Source: Sedimentisphaeraceae bacterium JB056
GTDB taxonomy: Bacteria; Planctomycetota; Phycisphaerae; Sedimentisphaerales; Sedimentisphaeraceae
Assembly (NCBI GenBank): GCA_044440125.1
Contig: JBITAJ010000003.1
Span: 131,776-195,775, forward strand
DNA: 64,000 nucleotides
Direction: 5' to 3'
Below the pieces are notes generated by a model, which saw only the letters and a list, made by a program, of their open reading frames with translations, had not been told where the DNA came from and did no database searches. Shown here piece after piece: positions 1-9,823 of this stretch. The translations under genes were made by a program, and so were the position numbers. The number at the start of each line of letters is the position of its first letter. Position 1 is the stretch's first letter.

Positions 1-48
1 GAACATTGAAAAAAGAATACCTAAGACAAACACCACACATCTATTCAT
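1..48 (-). CDS. 5' start of a probable secreted protein running off the left window edge (partial)
   Basis: Minus strand reads MNRCVVFVLGILFSMF (signal-peptide-like), preceded by a GAAGGA RBS, directly downstream of the 86..2380 gene. Confidence 0.6.
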   Translation of the reverse strand, partial: MNRCVVFVLGILFSMF

Positions 49-85
49 ATTTTAAATCCTTCTGATTGGTTAAACTCAATAAAAA

Positions 86-2380
86 TCATCGTCTTTTAAG
101 CCAATAAACACCTGCCGAAAAAGATTCACTTAATTGTATTTCTGCACAATTCTTGTCCAAATTGCATTTCATAGACTCATCACAAATCTGATTTTCAATA
201 CTCCAGCAACCTTCGACCGGCATTTTAACATTGAGCGTCTGCGGCTTATCAATTCCAAAGCAGTGAATAACCATCAAGGCTTCATCCCTGTTTGTACTTA
301 GCCGCGTAACTGCCTGCCAACCTTTAAGATCACGATAATTATTAATCTCCGACCCTTCGATGTATGTTTTGCCGTTTTTAATTATATGCGCAACTTTGCC
401 ATACAATTCCATAGCCTCTAATGTTCTACTCCAATTCTCCTCGCTTACGTCACAAATATCACCTGATAGATAAAACCTTCCCAGAAAACCGCTACAAAGT
501 ATATAGAGAAGCTGACGTAATGAATCTTCTTTCCTTATTATAACCCACACACCATTCTGGCGAGGCAATATAAGGCGATGCAGTGAAGCGGCAATAACAG
601 GAATCTCACGGCATTCATGAGCATCTGTAAAGGATGCTACATCGGATACAGCCATCATGGAAGGCTCAAGTCTCATGCCTCCTGAAGCACAATTTTCTAT
701 TACAAGCTCAGGTATTTCATTTCTCATATGTTCAAAGAAATCACGTGATCTGACAGTCTGCTGGCGAAGTGCTTCACCATAAGACTCTGCCCCATCACAT
801 CCAATTCCTATTGAAGAATTATAATCAACCTTGATATAACCCATACCCGTGTCTTTTAGCAGTTTTATTACCTTTTCACAGAGATAATCCCAGCCCTTAC
901 TCTTACACAAATCGATAAAACGTCTGGGACCGACAGTCAGAGGCCTTCCATCTTTATGAATCAGGAATTCTTCTTTTTTGAAAATTTCAGAGTTCCTAGC
1001 ACACGTCTCCATTTCAAACCACAAACCAGGTATTATACCTGCATCGCGAATTTTATCGGCAACAACCTTAAGCCCCTCAGGAAACATGTTCTTTGAAGGA
1101 TTCCAGTCGCCATGTGAAGTATTCCATGACACTTCTTCATTTCTATACCATCCGGCATCAATCACCAGATATTTAACAGGGGTATCTTTAAGCTTTTCAA
1201 GGTATTTAAGCAAATTATCCTGCGCAGGCTCACCCCAGCTTGTAGCCCATTCATTATACATAATAGCCATATCATCATCATAATTGTATGGTTTGCTGTC
1301 GTAAGAATCCTGCTGTGCCTCAAGGAGGTTATCACAACTCTCCGACATATCACCTGATGATACTGTTAAAGTAGCGACAGGCGTACTGAATATATCGCAT
1401 GGCTTGAGTTTTTTACTCCAGTGACCGAATTCCTGATCTGCCAAACCGCCGACAATGTTTATGGCATTATCATAACGAACAACAGCCATCTGCCATGATC
1501 CCGGATGCCATAACTGAGCCGCCCATGTAACATTCTCTTTGCTGTCCTCAATACCTATAAATGGAAAGAAATCACATGTAGGCCAGCTTCCAACCTGCCC
1601 AAACCTGCGTCCACGCGAGCAAGCGGTTGTCCAGACATTACTTATGTGCATTTGATCAAGCGATTCTCTGTAGTGCCTTGCCTCTCCACTCCAATTACTC
1701 CTGTATCGGTGAAGAGAAAGCTGCGCGGCCGGATCAGATTCACAAAACGGACTGAGATCGGTTAATGTAAAGCTTGAAAGATTTTCCAAAACTATATCAG
1801 TATCTGAAATATTCTCAACTTCAGTACGTAAAATAAGATAGCTGTTACCTTCTGTCCAGCTCAGATAATGACGACACAACATAGGCGTCTTTGTGTTTTT
1901 AAATTCAGTTACAACTGTTATCTCAAGACCATTTCTAAAGACTTCCTGATTAGAAAATTTGAGATTGAGCGTAGTTTCACTATTTCCCACACTTCGTACT
2001 TGACCACCGCCCTGAAAAGAAGAATCACATTGAAGTTTAAGCTGTATGAGATTGAATATTTTCCACGCCGGTCTATCCGCCATATGATCAGGCAATCCGT
2101 CTGTCTCTCTGTTACCACGCAAAGACATACTTCGGCTGACTGTCGCATCAAGTTTAGAGATAGGGACCAATGAAAGCCCAACCTGCCTTGTTACCGGATC
2201 GAGAAGATACCGAACAACCATTTTGCCAAAAATGAATTCAGAAAGGACCTCATAAGTCAAGGTTTCACCCGAAACAGTAATTAAAGTATCTGCTTTCCAT
2301 TTCGGAATATCTGTTGTTTCCTTACAAGAAGCAGTTGTTTTTGTTTTTTGTTTTTTAATATCTAAAGTTGCTTGAGTCAT
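86..2380 (-). CDS. Alpha-galactosidase-like glycoside hydrolase, family GH36
   Basis: Motifs YNEWATSW, LVIDAGWY, GDW, FPEGLK, GLWFEME, YIKVDYN, IENCASGGMR; no signal peptide. Confidence 0.9.
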   Translation of the reverse strand: MTQATLDIKKQKTKTTASCKETTDIPKWKADTLITVSGETLTYEVLSEFIFGKMVVRYLLDPVTRQVGLSLVPISKLDATVSRSMSLRGNRETDGLPDHMADRPAWKIFNLIQLKLQCDSSFQGGGQVRSVGNSETTLNLKFSNQEVFRNGLEITVVTEFKNTKTPMLCRHYLSWTEGNSYLILRTEVENISDTDIVLENLSSFTLTDLSPFCESDPAAQLSLHRYRSNWSGEARHYRESLDQMHISNVWTTACSRGRRFGQVGSWPTCDFFPFIGIEDSKENVTWAAQLWHPGSWQMAVVRYDNAINIVGGLADQEFGHWSKKLKPCDIFSTPVATLTVSSGDMSESCDNLLEAQQDSYDSKPYNYDDDMAIMYNEWATSWGEPAQDNLLKYLEKLKDTPVKYLVIDAGWYRNEEVSWNTSHGDWNPSKNMFPEGLKVVADKIRDAGIIPGLWFEMETCARNSEIFKKEEFLIHKDGRPLTVGPRRFIDLCKSKGWDYLCEKVIKLLKDTGMGYIKVDYNSSIGIGCDGAESYGEALRQQTVRSRDFFEHMRNEIPELVIENCASGGMRLEPSMMAVSDVASFTDAHECREIPVIAASLHRLILPRQNGVWVIIRKEDSLRQLLYILCSGFLGRFYLSGDICDVSEENWSRTLEAMELYGKVAHIIKNGKTYIEGSEINNYRDLKGWQAVTRLSTNRDEALMVIHCFGIDKPQTLNVKMPVEGCWSIENQICDESMKCNLDKNCAEIQLSESFSAGVYWLKRR

Positions 2381-2416
2381 AATTTTAACGCGCCTTTTAT
2401 TGCGTAGAGCATATTC

Positions 2417-5400
2417 TTATTGAATTAACCATTCACTGATTAACTTTTCCAATTCTATTTGACTAACATTACCATCATAGTTTGTATCCATACCTGCGCA
2501 CCAATGAGGCGGCAAACAATTACCATCCAACCAGTTTTCAGCCATAACTTTGAAGTCAAGATAATCTGCCTGCATGTCCTTATTAATATCGGTTCTTGCA
2601 TAAGGCATCATCTGTGAATCACATATTTGATTCTCCACTATTACACGCTGCTGCTGATCTAATGCCTGATTATAGGCAATAATTCGCAACATTCGTCCAT
2701 CAAAACCATCCAAGAGATCTCCTGACATTCCTATTGTAAGCTTTTGATTAAAGAAAGGCTCACAATCAATAGAGTCAACAGTACCGACAAGCCGACCATT
2801 AACATACTGGCTTAAAACATCTCCATCCCAAACGACACTAAGTAAAGTCCATTGATCAGTAATCGGACAACCGGTATTCCTCAATATCCCATTTTTAGTA
2901 AGAGACTGTGAATAAAGATAACCCTCTTCAATAAAGCTGCCCCACAGCACAGGACTGCTCAATCCATCACCTCTGTCATCATAATTTGCAGATAAAAGCC
3001 ATTGCTTCGTAACAGTCTCATTAGCTTTGAAATATATAAACCAACTCATTTCTCGACTATCAAATATTTCATTACCATTGACAGTCATATAACTGTTTCC
3101 GTCAAAAACAATAGTATTAAGATTAATATTGTTTTCAAAAACTGTACTTTCTGCATCCGGTAAGAAGCCTGCTGTTGCGTAAGAATTATTTGCATTTCCT
3201 TTTGCAGAGCTATCAAGCCAACAGCTCACCTTTGCGTTCTGCTGCGCATTATAACTGCCATCAAAAGCAAAAACCGGTTGAAGAATCGATTCTTCAATAG
3301 AATAGTCGGCAGGCATCCTGAACTGAGAACTTGTCAAAGAAACTCGTGACATTTTCAACCAATCAATAGCCCCAACAAATTTAGCACGGCTAACATTTGA
3401 GGCCCCTACAAGCAAATCTTCATCATTATCCAGCAAATTGGTCATATCTTCGCCAAAAGCTTGAACAATATAATCGACATAAATCAACAAATGGCCTTTA
3501 TCACGAACGGCAGCAATATGATGCCATGTATTATCACTCACGTTTATACCTGAAGCTACAGAGCTTTGATGTGTACCATCTGATAATACAAAAGATACTT
3601 TGCCATTTTCTATTGCCAACTGCCAGCCATTACCGGCGGCACTGTCTTTACTTATTATCGGGCCATCATTTGAGGTTTTACATATAACTTCAAGTGTAAA
3701 GGAATCATTAGCCTCAAAATCAAAAAAGTCATTATCGGCACCTGTGAAGCTGCCGCAATTATCCGTACTGTCAAAAATAACCGCAGTTGAAGCCCCATAT
3801 GTATCTGAACCCTTTGTATAGCTTACATCACCTTCTATTTGTAAATTAAGCTCATAACCGCTATCATCATCAACAATCGTAGAATCATCAAAATTCCATT
3901 CAGTTGAATATGTGCCAAGCAGCCACCTGCGTAATCGTTCTGTATCCAAACTACGGCTAAGCTTATATATCGCCGCCCTTCTGTCACTGAAACCGGCATA
4001 CAGGAAAATATGCTGCATATTATTAATCTCATCAATCACCGCTCCGCCGGGATGTAAACCATCAGCAAAACCAAGCCCATGATGAGAGCTTCTGTCTCTA
4101 TTAAGCAATGTGCCGTCAAAACGCCATTTGGAATCGCCTTCAAGCAAAGATACAGGATCAATACTCCATAGATTCAAACTGCTCTTATCTGTATCAAGAG
4201 CATCTCCTGTCTCACCAAGGCCGCCTCCCCAACGATGGCTGTCAAGCATTTCGATACGAGAATTGTCCGGATTCATAGCAACATCAGCAGTATCATGCGC
4301 CCATACCTGCCTGCCTGAAATAGGCGATATGTTGCCCCGAATGTTCGTTCTCTTAGTCACAAAATCAATATCATCAAAGGTATCATTATCGCTGTATTGA
4401 TAAAGATGCTGACTCATCATCTGAAACCGACCATCTTCACTGCACATATCCGAAAATTCTCTTGATATCAACAGAATATTATTATCCCAGACCATACCGC
4501 AAGGCTCTTTGGGTGAAGTAGCCACATCTATCCAATAACGGTCAGTCCAACTTTGTCCATGATCTATTGAATGTATTAAGGGCGAACCATATTCAGGTCC
4601 ATCCAACTCGTTAGCAGCAAACATCAACAAACCGAAAATAGGATGAGAAACAATGCGTGGACCAACATTACTCCTGTCAGTAGTCAGAGAAGAAAACGCA
4701 TTATTGTAATGCTCCCAACTGGCTCCACCATCGCTGCTCACAAGAGTTCCACCATAGGGATAATATGAATGCTTCAGTATGATATTACCCTGTGAATCAC
4801 TGCCAATACTTATCATTCCACCAGCATTAGGCCCCTGACTATACGAAACAATATCACGTACATAAACAGGCTGCTGCCATGTTTGCCCTCTATCTGTCGA
4901 CCGCATAATAATACCAATGCTTTGATTATTACTGGTCGCATTCCAAGGATACTCAGGTGTATAATGACTGAGATTCTGCTGGCAATGCACTACGATATTA
5001 TCACCACTCATTGCCGCAACCGGCCAGCCGAAATGATCATTGTCTGCAACAACATTCGATGAATTCGGCTCCAGAACCTCATCAAGTTCAATCAAAGAAG
5101 CTTTTCTCGACTGCTCAAGCCAGTTCTTCTCTTTGGCTGTAAGCACGAGAAACTCTTCCTCGTAATCTGTACTCAAAGCATATTTGGTCTGTAGATAATA
5201 TGACACCTGCTGGAATTCATAATCCTTCAAAGGCCTGTTGTAGACAATTATTTCTGCAACTTCACCTTTATACGTACTGCTGTTAAGCACATTCTTACCT
5301 ATTGAATCATTTCCATCCTGTGGCAGCTGTTCAAAAGAATCACTGTAAAGAAGTTCTCCATTGAGATAGGCTTCAACATCGGATTCTCCTCTGCATATAG

Positions 5401-5983
5401 ATACCATACCAAATCCGGTAAATGCTGGGAAATTGTACGAATGATGAACACCATCAGCGTCATTATAAGACAAGCCAAGACAATTATTGTCCCTTAGAAA
5501 AATTGCAGGCTGCCGTTTATTCGGGTTCGAAAGGCCAACACCGCCATCATTAAAAGCAAGAAGAGTACCAAAATTATTTGCCATAGGCAAAGGTCCGGTT
5601 TGCGTAACTATGAATATCGTATGTTTATTATAATCATCACTTTCCAGATCTATATCTAAAAATTGCCCCTCATTGTCAAAAGTTACCGCAGAATGAGAAT
5701 TTATCAGCCCCGTTGAATACCCCGGCATTGCTGATACAATAGACTGTCCTGCATCGTTACCATTACCAGATTTATCAATCCAAGCAGAAACTCCACCATC
5801 CTGCAAAGTTGCTTCACCAGCCCCTGAAGCAACACCATCACCATCTAAATCGTCAGCATCAAGCCAGAGAACGACACCCTCTATCTCCGTAGGCTGAGTT
5901 ACAAGCAGATATTGAGCAAGCGGCAAGGCCTGCGAAGCAAATAATAGAATCGCAGCAAATAAGATATAGCGGTTAAAAATCAT
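2417..5983 (-). CDS. Secreted multidomain protein: LamG-like jelly rolls, Asp-box (BNR/sialidase-like) propeller, C-terminal dockerin-like repeats
   Basis: Signal peptide; Asp-boxes RSTDRGQTW, SSDGGASW, HSIDHGQSW; LamG motif DNTWHHIAAVRD; terminal DINKD...ENWL and DTNYDG...SEWL. Confidence 0.8.
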   Translation of the reverse strand: MIFNRYILFAAILLFASQALPLAQYLLVTQPTEIEGVVLWLDADDLDGDGVASGAGEATLQDGGVSAWIDKSGNGNDAGQSIVSAMPGYSTGLINSHSAVTFDNEGQFLDIDLESDDYNKHTIFIVTQTGPLPMANNFGTLLAFNDGGVGLSNPNKRQPAIFLRDNNCLGLSYNDADGVHHSYNFPAFTGFGMVSICRGESDVEAYLNGELLYSDSFEQLPQDGNDSIGKNVLNSSTYKGEVAEIIVYNRPLKDYEFQQVSYYLQTKYALSTDYEEEFLVLTAKEKNWLEQSRKASLIELDEVLEPNSSNVVADNDHFGWPVAAMSGDNIVVHCQQNLSHYTPEYPWNATSNNQSIGIIMRSTDRGQTWQQPVYVRDIVSYSQGPNAGGMISIGSDSQGNIILKHSYYPYGGTLVSSDGGASWEHYNNAFSSLTTDRSNVGPRIVSHPIFGLLMFAANELDGPEYGSPLIHSIDHGQSWTDRYWIDVATSPKEPCGMVWDNNILLISREFSDMCSEDGRFQMMSQHLYQYSDNDTFDDIDFVTKRTNIRGNISPISGRQVWAHDTADVAMNPDNSRIEMLDSHRWGGGLGETGDALDTDKSSLNLWSIDPVSLLEGDSKWRFDGTLLNRDRSSHHGLGFADGLHPGGAVIDEINNMQHIFLYAGFSDRRAAIYKLSRSLDTERLRRWLLGTYSTEWNFDDSTIVDDDSGYELNLQIEGDVSYTKGSDTYGASTAVIFDSTDNCGSFTGADNDFFDFEANDSFTLEVICKTSNDGPIISKDSAAGNGWQLAIENGKVSFVLSDGTHQSSVASGINVSDNTWHHIAAVRDKGHLLIYVDYIVQAFGEDMTNLLDNDEDLLVGASNVSRAKFVGAIDWLKMSRVSLTSSQFRMPADYSIEESILQPVFAFDGSYNAQQNAKVSCWLDSSAKGNANNSYATAGFLPDAESTVFENNINLNTIVFDGNSYMTVNGNEIFDSREMSWFIYFKANETVTKQWLLSANYDDRGDGLSSPVLWGSFIEEGYLYSQSLTKNGILRNTGCPITDQWTLLSVVWDGDVLSQYVNGRLVGTVDSIDCEPFFNQKLTIGMSGDLLDGFDGRMLRIIAYNQALDQQQRVIVENQICDSQMMPYARTDINKDMQADYLDFKVMAENWLDGNCLPPHWCAGMDTNYDGNVSQIELEKLISEWLIQ

Positions 5984-6013
5984 AAAAATCTATATTTGAA
6001 TTGTAGATCAGAA

Positions 6014-6883
6014 TTAATTTCCGACAGGAAAATAGACAGCTGAATTCCATCCTGAAAGCGTAGCCTTAACCATTGACTGTTCATCATACCGTAAAACACT
6101 TCCATCCTCGTAACCAGCATTCATTGTCTTAACTCTCGGTATTGATGCGCCATTATCAGAGGGGGTCATTTTCCAGAAATAACCTGATGCATGATCACCT
6201 TCAAGCGATGAACCCTGCATACGATGTGAACAGCCCCATTTATTTCCAAGCCATACACCGTTATTCCACATCATAAAATCAGCGATCATTATTTTTTCAA
6301 CTTTGCTCTTTGAAACGGAATCACCTGTAGTTGGGTCATTGTAGTCAAAACGTTCGTATCCCTTGTAATTCCACAATAGAAAATAGGAACTGTTCAGATA
6401 CGGCCACGCATTTTCACCAATACCCTGACTGCGAAGATCAACAGCAAACCCATTAAGGTATTCTTCCTGATAGTACTCAAGATACGGCTTTTCAGCAAAC
6501 TTACACTGCCATACAGTTGGATCGGATAAATAAGCTCCCATCTGCCTTCCAACAGATCCACCGTTAATACCGTTAGCCCCCAAATATTCACCATTACGTC
6601 CAGGAGCTTTAACCTCATAATTCAGGCGGATCGGCGGGTTATTCCAAATAAAATTATCAGGGTACGTACCAACCCCCTGAACAGAAGGCGGCATTTTATT
6701 ACTGTTATCAGCAGTATAAGTCGATAAAGCGACAAGAATCTGATGCTGATTGCTCCCGCAAAGAACAACCTTAGCCTGATCTTTTGCTTTGCCTAATGCA
6801 GGCATCATTATAGCCATCAGTAAAGCTATTATAGATATAACGACCAGCAGTTCAATTAGTGTAAAACCTTTTCGCTTCAACAT
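6014..6883 (-). CDS. Prepilin-type N-terminal cleavage/methylation domain protein (planctomycete DUF1559-like)
   Basis: MLKRKG|FTLIELLVVISIIALLMAIMMPALGKAK...C-x-SN; C-terminal NAGYEDGSV. Start moved from 6955 to ATG 6883 because of the AAAAGG RBS and the class III signal. Confidence 0.9.
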   Translation of the reverse strand: MLKRKGFTLIELLVVISIIALLMAIMMPALGKAKDQAKVVLCGSNQHQILVALSTYTADNSNKMPPSVQGVGTYPDNFIWNNPPIRLNYEVKAPGRNGEYLGANGINGGSVGRQMGAYLSDPTVWQCKFAEKPYLEYYQEEYLNGFAVDLRSQGIGENAWPYLNSSYFLLWNYKGYERFDYNDPTTGDSVSKSKVEKIMIADFMMWNNGVWLGNKWGCSHRMQGSSLEGDHASGYFWKMTPSDNGASIPRVKTMNAGYEDGSVLRYDEQSMVKATLSGWNSAVYFPVGN

Positions 6884-6922
6884 TTTAAACCTTTTGTAAT
6901 TTTGATTCCTACATAACATTAT

Positions 6923-6946
6923 GGTCGGGGCAGAAATACCCCGACC
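6923..6946 (-). terminator. GC-rich intergenic stem-loop (attenuator or mRNA-stabilising hairpin)
   Basis: GGTCGGGG-N8-CCCCGACC between two co-oriented genes; only a weak U-tract. Confidence 0.5.
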
Positions 6947-6965
6947 GATTGACACAAATTAGTTA

Positions 6966-9767
6966 CTATCTTGGTGTGTCACCACTAAGATTTATGCATC
7001 CTGCAACTTCTGGAGTTGAACACTTTGCCCAATCCAGAGCAAGCATTGCAATATCTGCAATATCAACATTACAGTCCTCGTTTACATCACCGTCAAGGAA
7101 TGGTCCCATGCCGCAATCATTTTCGAGAATTGACACCTGCAGATCATCAATAACATAACTGTCATAATCCGTATCGGCACTTGTCGTTGAGAACACAACA
7201 TATCCTGAGTGTGGATTTGCTTCCGCATCCTCATCATCTATCGCAGCTACAGTAACTACCTGCGGGATGTTAAAATCTGAAGCAGTGAAGGTAAGCATGG
7301 AGGTTGACAAAGATATCTCGCCCGGATCACCAAGATCATCACGTGTAGTCATTGATATATATACATCCTGCGCAGGAGGACTCAACAACCTGACACTAAA
7401 CTGATCATTACCGACATTGTCACCATTCTCACTTACAACAACACCATTATTCTGATCAACTGAAATCTCAGGAGTATCATTATCTTCGACAGTTACAAAC
7501 AACGGTACCATCTGGCCTTCAGAAGAGGTAAAAGCAGGGTCGCTACTGGTCAAAGTGAAAGATATCTTAACATCTTCATAACCTTCCTCCAGAGCATCAT
7601 CAATAGCTGTTACAGTAACTTGCTGAGGCTGATCCCAGTTCGCAGAAGTGAAAGTCAGCTGGGAAAGCGACAATGTCGCATCAGCGGCATCATCTATCGC
7701 CAGATCAACAGTGACATCCGAAACAGGCTGCCTTGTCAATACAACTTCAAATGTATCAGAAGTAGCACCTTGTTCATAGATAACAGAATCACCATCAGAT
7801 TCATTAACAACACCTACAACATACGCCGGCCTGTCATTATAAAGTGTATTAAGGCCATATTTACGTGTAAGATAGTAACCTACAATCTGACGTTCTGAAG
7901 CTTCCAGTGCCCTGTCAAAAACTATTATCTCTGCTATTTTACCTGTCAAAGAAAGGTCTGTTCTTTCCAAAGTAGAACCGATATAACCAATATCCTTAAA
8001 AATAGCTTCCTGAGTAAATGCACTTGACGGAGTTAGTGTTCTGTCATCAAATATGCCATTTGCCGCTTCGCCATTTTCGTGATAAATACATGAGAATCTC
8101 AAGCTGCCTGCGCAACCGCCGCCAAAATCAAGCGGATAATGATCACCGGTATTCGAAACATAATCAACATCCACATCGCCATTACTTCTGACGAAGAAAT
8201 GTGGAGTTCTGCTGTTGGCACTTGAACCGTTGTTGAGGGATATTATCGCACCCCAATCATTAACAGGAGATGCTGTTGTTTCAAATATAGCAAAAATCGT
8301 ATGATCAGGCATAGGATCCCAATCCATCTTCAAATATTGAGTACCCTGAAAATCAAGATACTCAAGAGCTGAATCTGTAGCATAAACAGGCCTTATAGCA
8401 GACTGATCCTGATATGCATCTGAAATTGCATCTATTGAAGTAACCTTATTCTTCCAGGTTTCAACTGCACCATCTACCAAACCGTCCTCAGAAAGACCTT
8501 CCTCATTTCCATCACCATCAATATCAGAAGCGTCAAACCATGCCACCATATCATTGATTGCAGGCATTTCCCAGTCTTCGTTGTCAATAACAGTAACGGT
8601 CACTTTTTGTACAGTTCCCTGCGGGTCACTGAAATTCTGATCATTGCTGCTTAAAGTAAACGATACCTCTATATCCTCAAAACCATCTTCAATATCGCTA
8701 TCATCAATCGCTGAGACAGTAATCTGTTGAGGTTGATCCCACAGCGAAGAAGTAAATGTAAGGCTTGCAGGCGTAAGCTGTATTTGCCCAGAAATATCGG
8801 TACTAAGGGTAACAGTAACCGAATCTGTAGGCTGAGAATCAAGAACAACACTGAATGTATCAGCTATTCCGCCTTCTTCTACAATAGTATCACCATCAGT
8901 CTCAATGACACTTCCAACTTTTAGAGGTGCATCAACATATGTCGAATCCACCAGACCATATTTATCCTGTAGATAATAACCCACAAGATTTTCTTCTTCT
9001 TCACTCAAAGCCCTGTCATACATTATGATCTCAGCAATCTGTCCCTGAAATCCTCTATCTGAATTGTCTGCACCGATACGGTCCACACCTAAATCTACGG
9101 AATCCTGTGAAAACGGATTAACTGTTTGACTGAACCAGTTATTCTGGCCGTCAACATAGCAAAGAGCATTATCACCGTTATTATGCGTAAGACTTATTAT
9201 AGACCAATCACCTTTAATATCAGTAGGAAGATTTATACCTTCATTTGAACCAGTATTAGAATAATATCCAACACCTATCTGCCCAGTACTGCGAACAAAT
9301 ATATGCGGCATTCTACTGTTAGCCGTACTTGCCGCATTAATAGACAGAATAGCACTCCAACTGTTTGCCTGCGCACCGCCGTCTATAACCGCTGCAACTA
9401 TAAAAACAGTGTGATTGGGACTCGATGGATAATCAAGCACGAAATGCTCATTATTCAAAGGATAATTGTAGTTATTAAAGTCAAATGACGATGTCTGGTT
9501 AAAACTGTCATACAGAGAATAAGGACGCTGCAATGCAACACTCTGAGTAGCATTGTAATCACTTCCGGTAGGAGCTTTATTAACCCATGTTTCTACCTGT
9601 GTATTATTATAAACCCCACCGTCATCTACGCTGTCGCCATTAACATCAGAACCGTCAAACCATAAAGACAACCCATCAATATCATCAGGACTGATAACAA
9701 CCGCTGATACCGGCAAAACATAAAAGATTACCATTAAGATAAGTGTAATTTTTTTCTTTAAATCCAT
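6966..9767 (-). CDS. Secreted non-catalytic protein: two (LamG-like + Calx-beta/Ig-like) units, a further Ig-like domain and a dockerin-like tag
   Basis: Signal peptide; repeated LWFDGSD/AWFDASD...GQIAEIIMYDRAL...GYYLQDKYGL; repeated LTFT..NWDQPQ.VTV.AIDD; terminal GDVNEDCNVDIAD...W..C. Confidence 0.8.
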   Translation of the reverse strand: MDLKKKITLILMVIFYVLPVSAVVISPDDIDGLSLWFDGSDVNGDSVDDGGVYNNTQVETWVNKAPTGSDYNATQSVALQRPYSLYDSFNQTSSFDFNNYNYPLNNEHFVLDYPSSPNHTVFIVAAVIDGGAQANSWSAILSINAASTANSRMPHIFVRSTGQIGVGYYSNTGSNEGINLPTDIKGDWSIISLTHNNGDNALCYVDGQNNWFSQTVNPFSQDSVDLGVDRIGADNSDRGFQGQIAEIIMYDRALSEEEENLVGYYLQDKYGLVDSTYVDAPLKVGSVIETDGDTIVEEGGIADTFSVVLDSQPTDSVTVTLSTDISGQIQLTPASLTFTSSLWDQPQQITVSAIDDSDIEDGFEDIEVSFTLSSNDQNFSDPQGTVQKVTVTVIDNEDWEMPAINDMVAWFDASDIDGDGNEEGLSEDGLVDGAVETWKNKVTSIDAISDAYQDQSAIRPVYATDSALEYLDFQGTQYLKMDWDPMPDHTIFAIFETTASPVNDWGAIISLNNGSSANSRTPHFFVRSNGDVDVDYVSNTGDHYPLDFGGGCAGSLRFSCIYHENGEAANGIFDDRTLTPSSAFTQEAIFKDIGYIGSTLERTDLSLTGKIAEIIVFDRALEASERQIVGYYLTRKYGLNTLYNDRPAYVVGVVNESDGDSVIYEQGATSDTFEVVLTRQPVSDVTVDLAIDDAADATLSLSQLTFTSANWDQPQQVTVTAIDDALEEGYEDVKISFTLTSSDPAFTSSEGQMVPLFVTVEDNDTPEISVDQNNGVVVSENGDNVGNDQFSVRLLSPPAQDVYISMTTRDDLGDPGEISLSTSMLTFTASDFNIPQVVTVAAIDDEDAEANPHSGYVVFSTTSADTDYDSYVIDDLQVSILENDCGMGPFLDGDVNEDCNVDIADIAMLALDWAKCSTPEVAGCINLSGDTPR

Positions 9768-9823
9768 ATCTAACCTCTCTTATTAAGAAGATTGATTATA
9801 TTTATTTTCAACAACAAGAACCT

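Noticed and set aside
6884..6955. 24-aa N-terminal extension of the first pilin in the ORF track
   Set aside because: It spans an intergenic hairpin; the RBS and class III signal favour ATG 6883.
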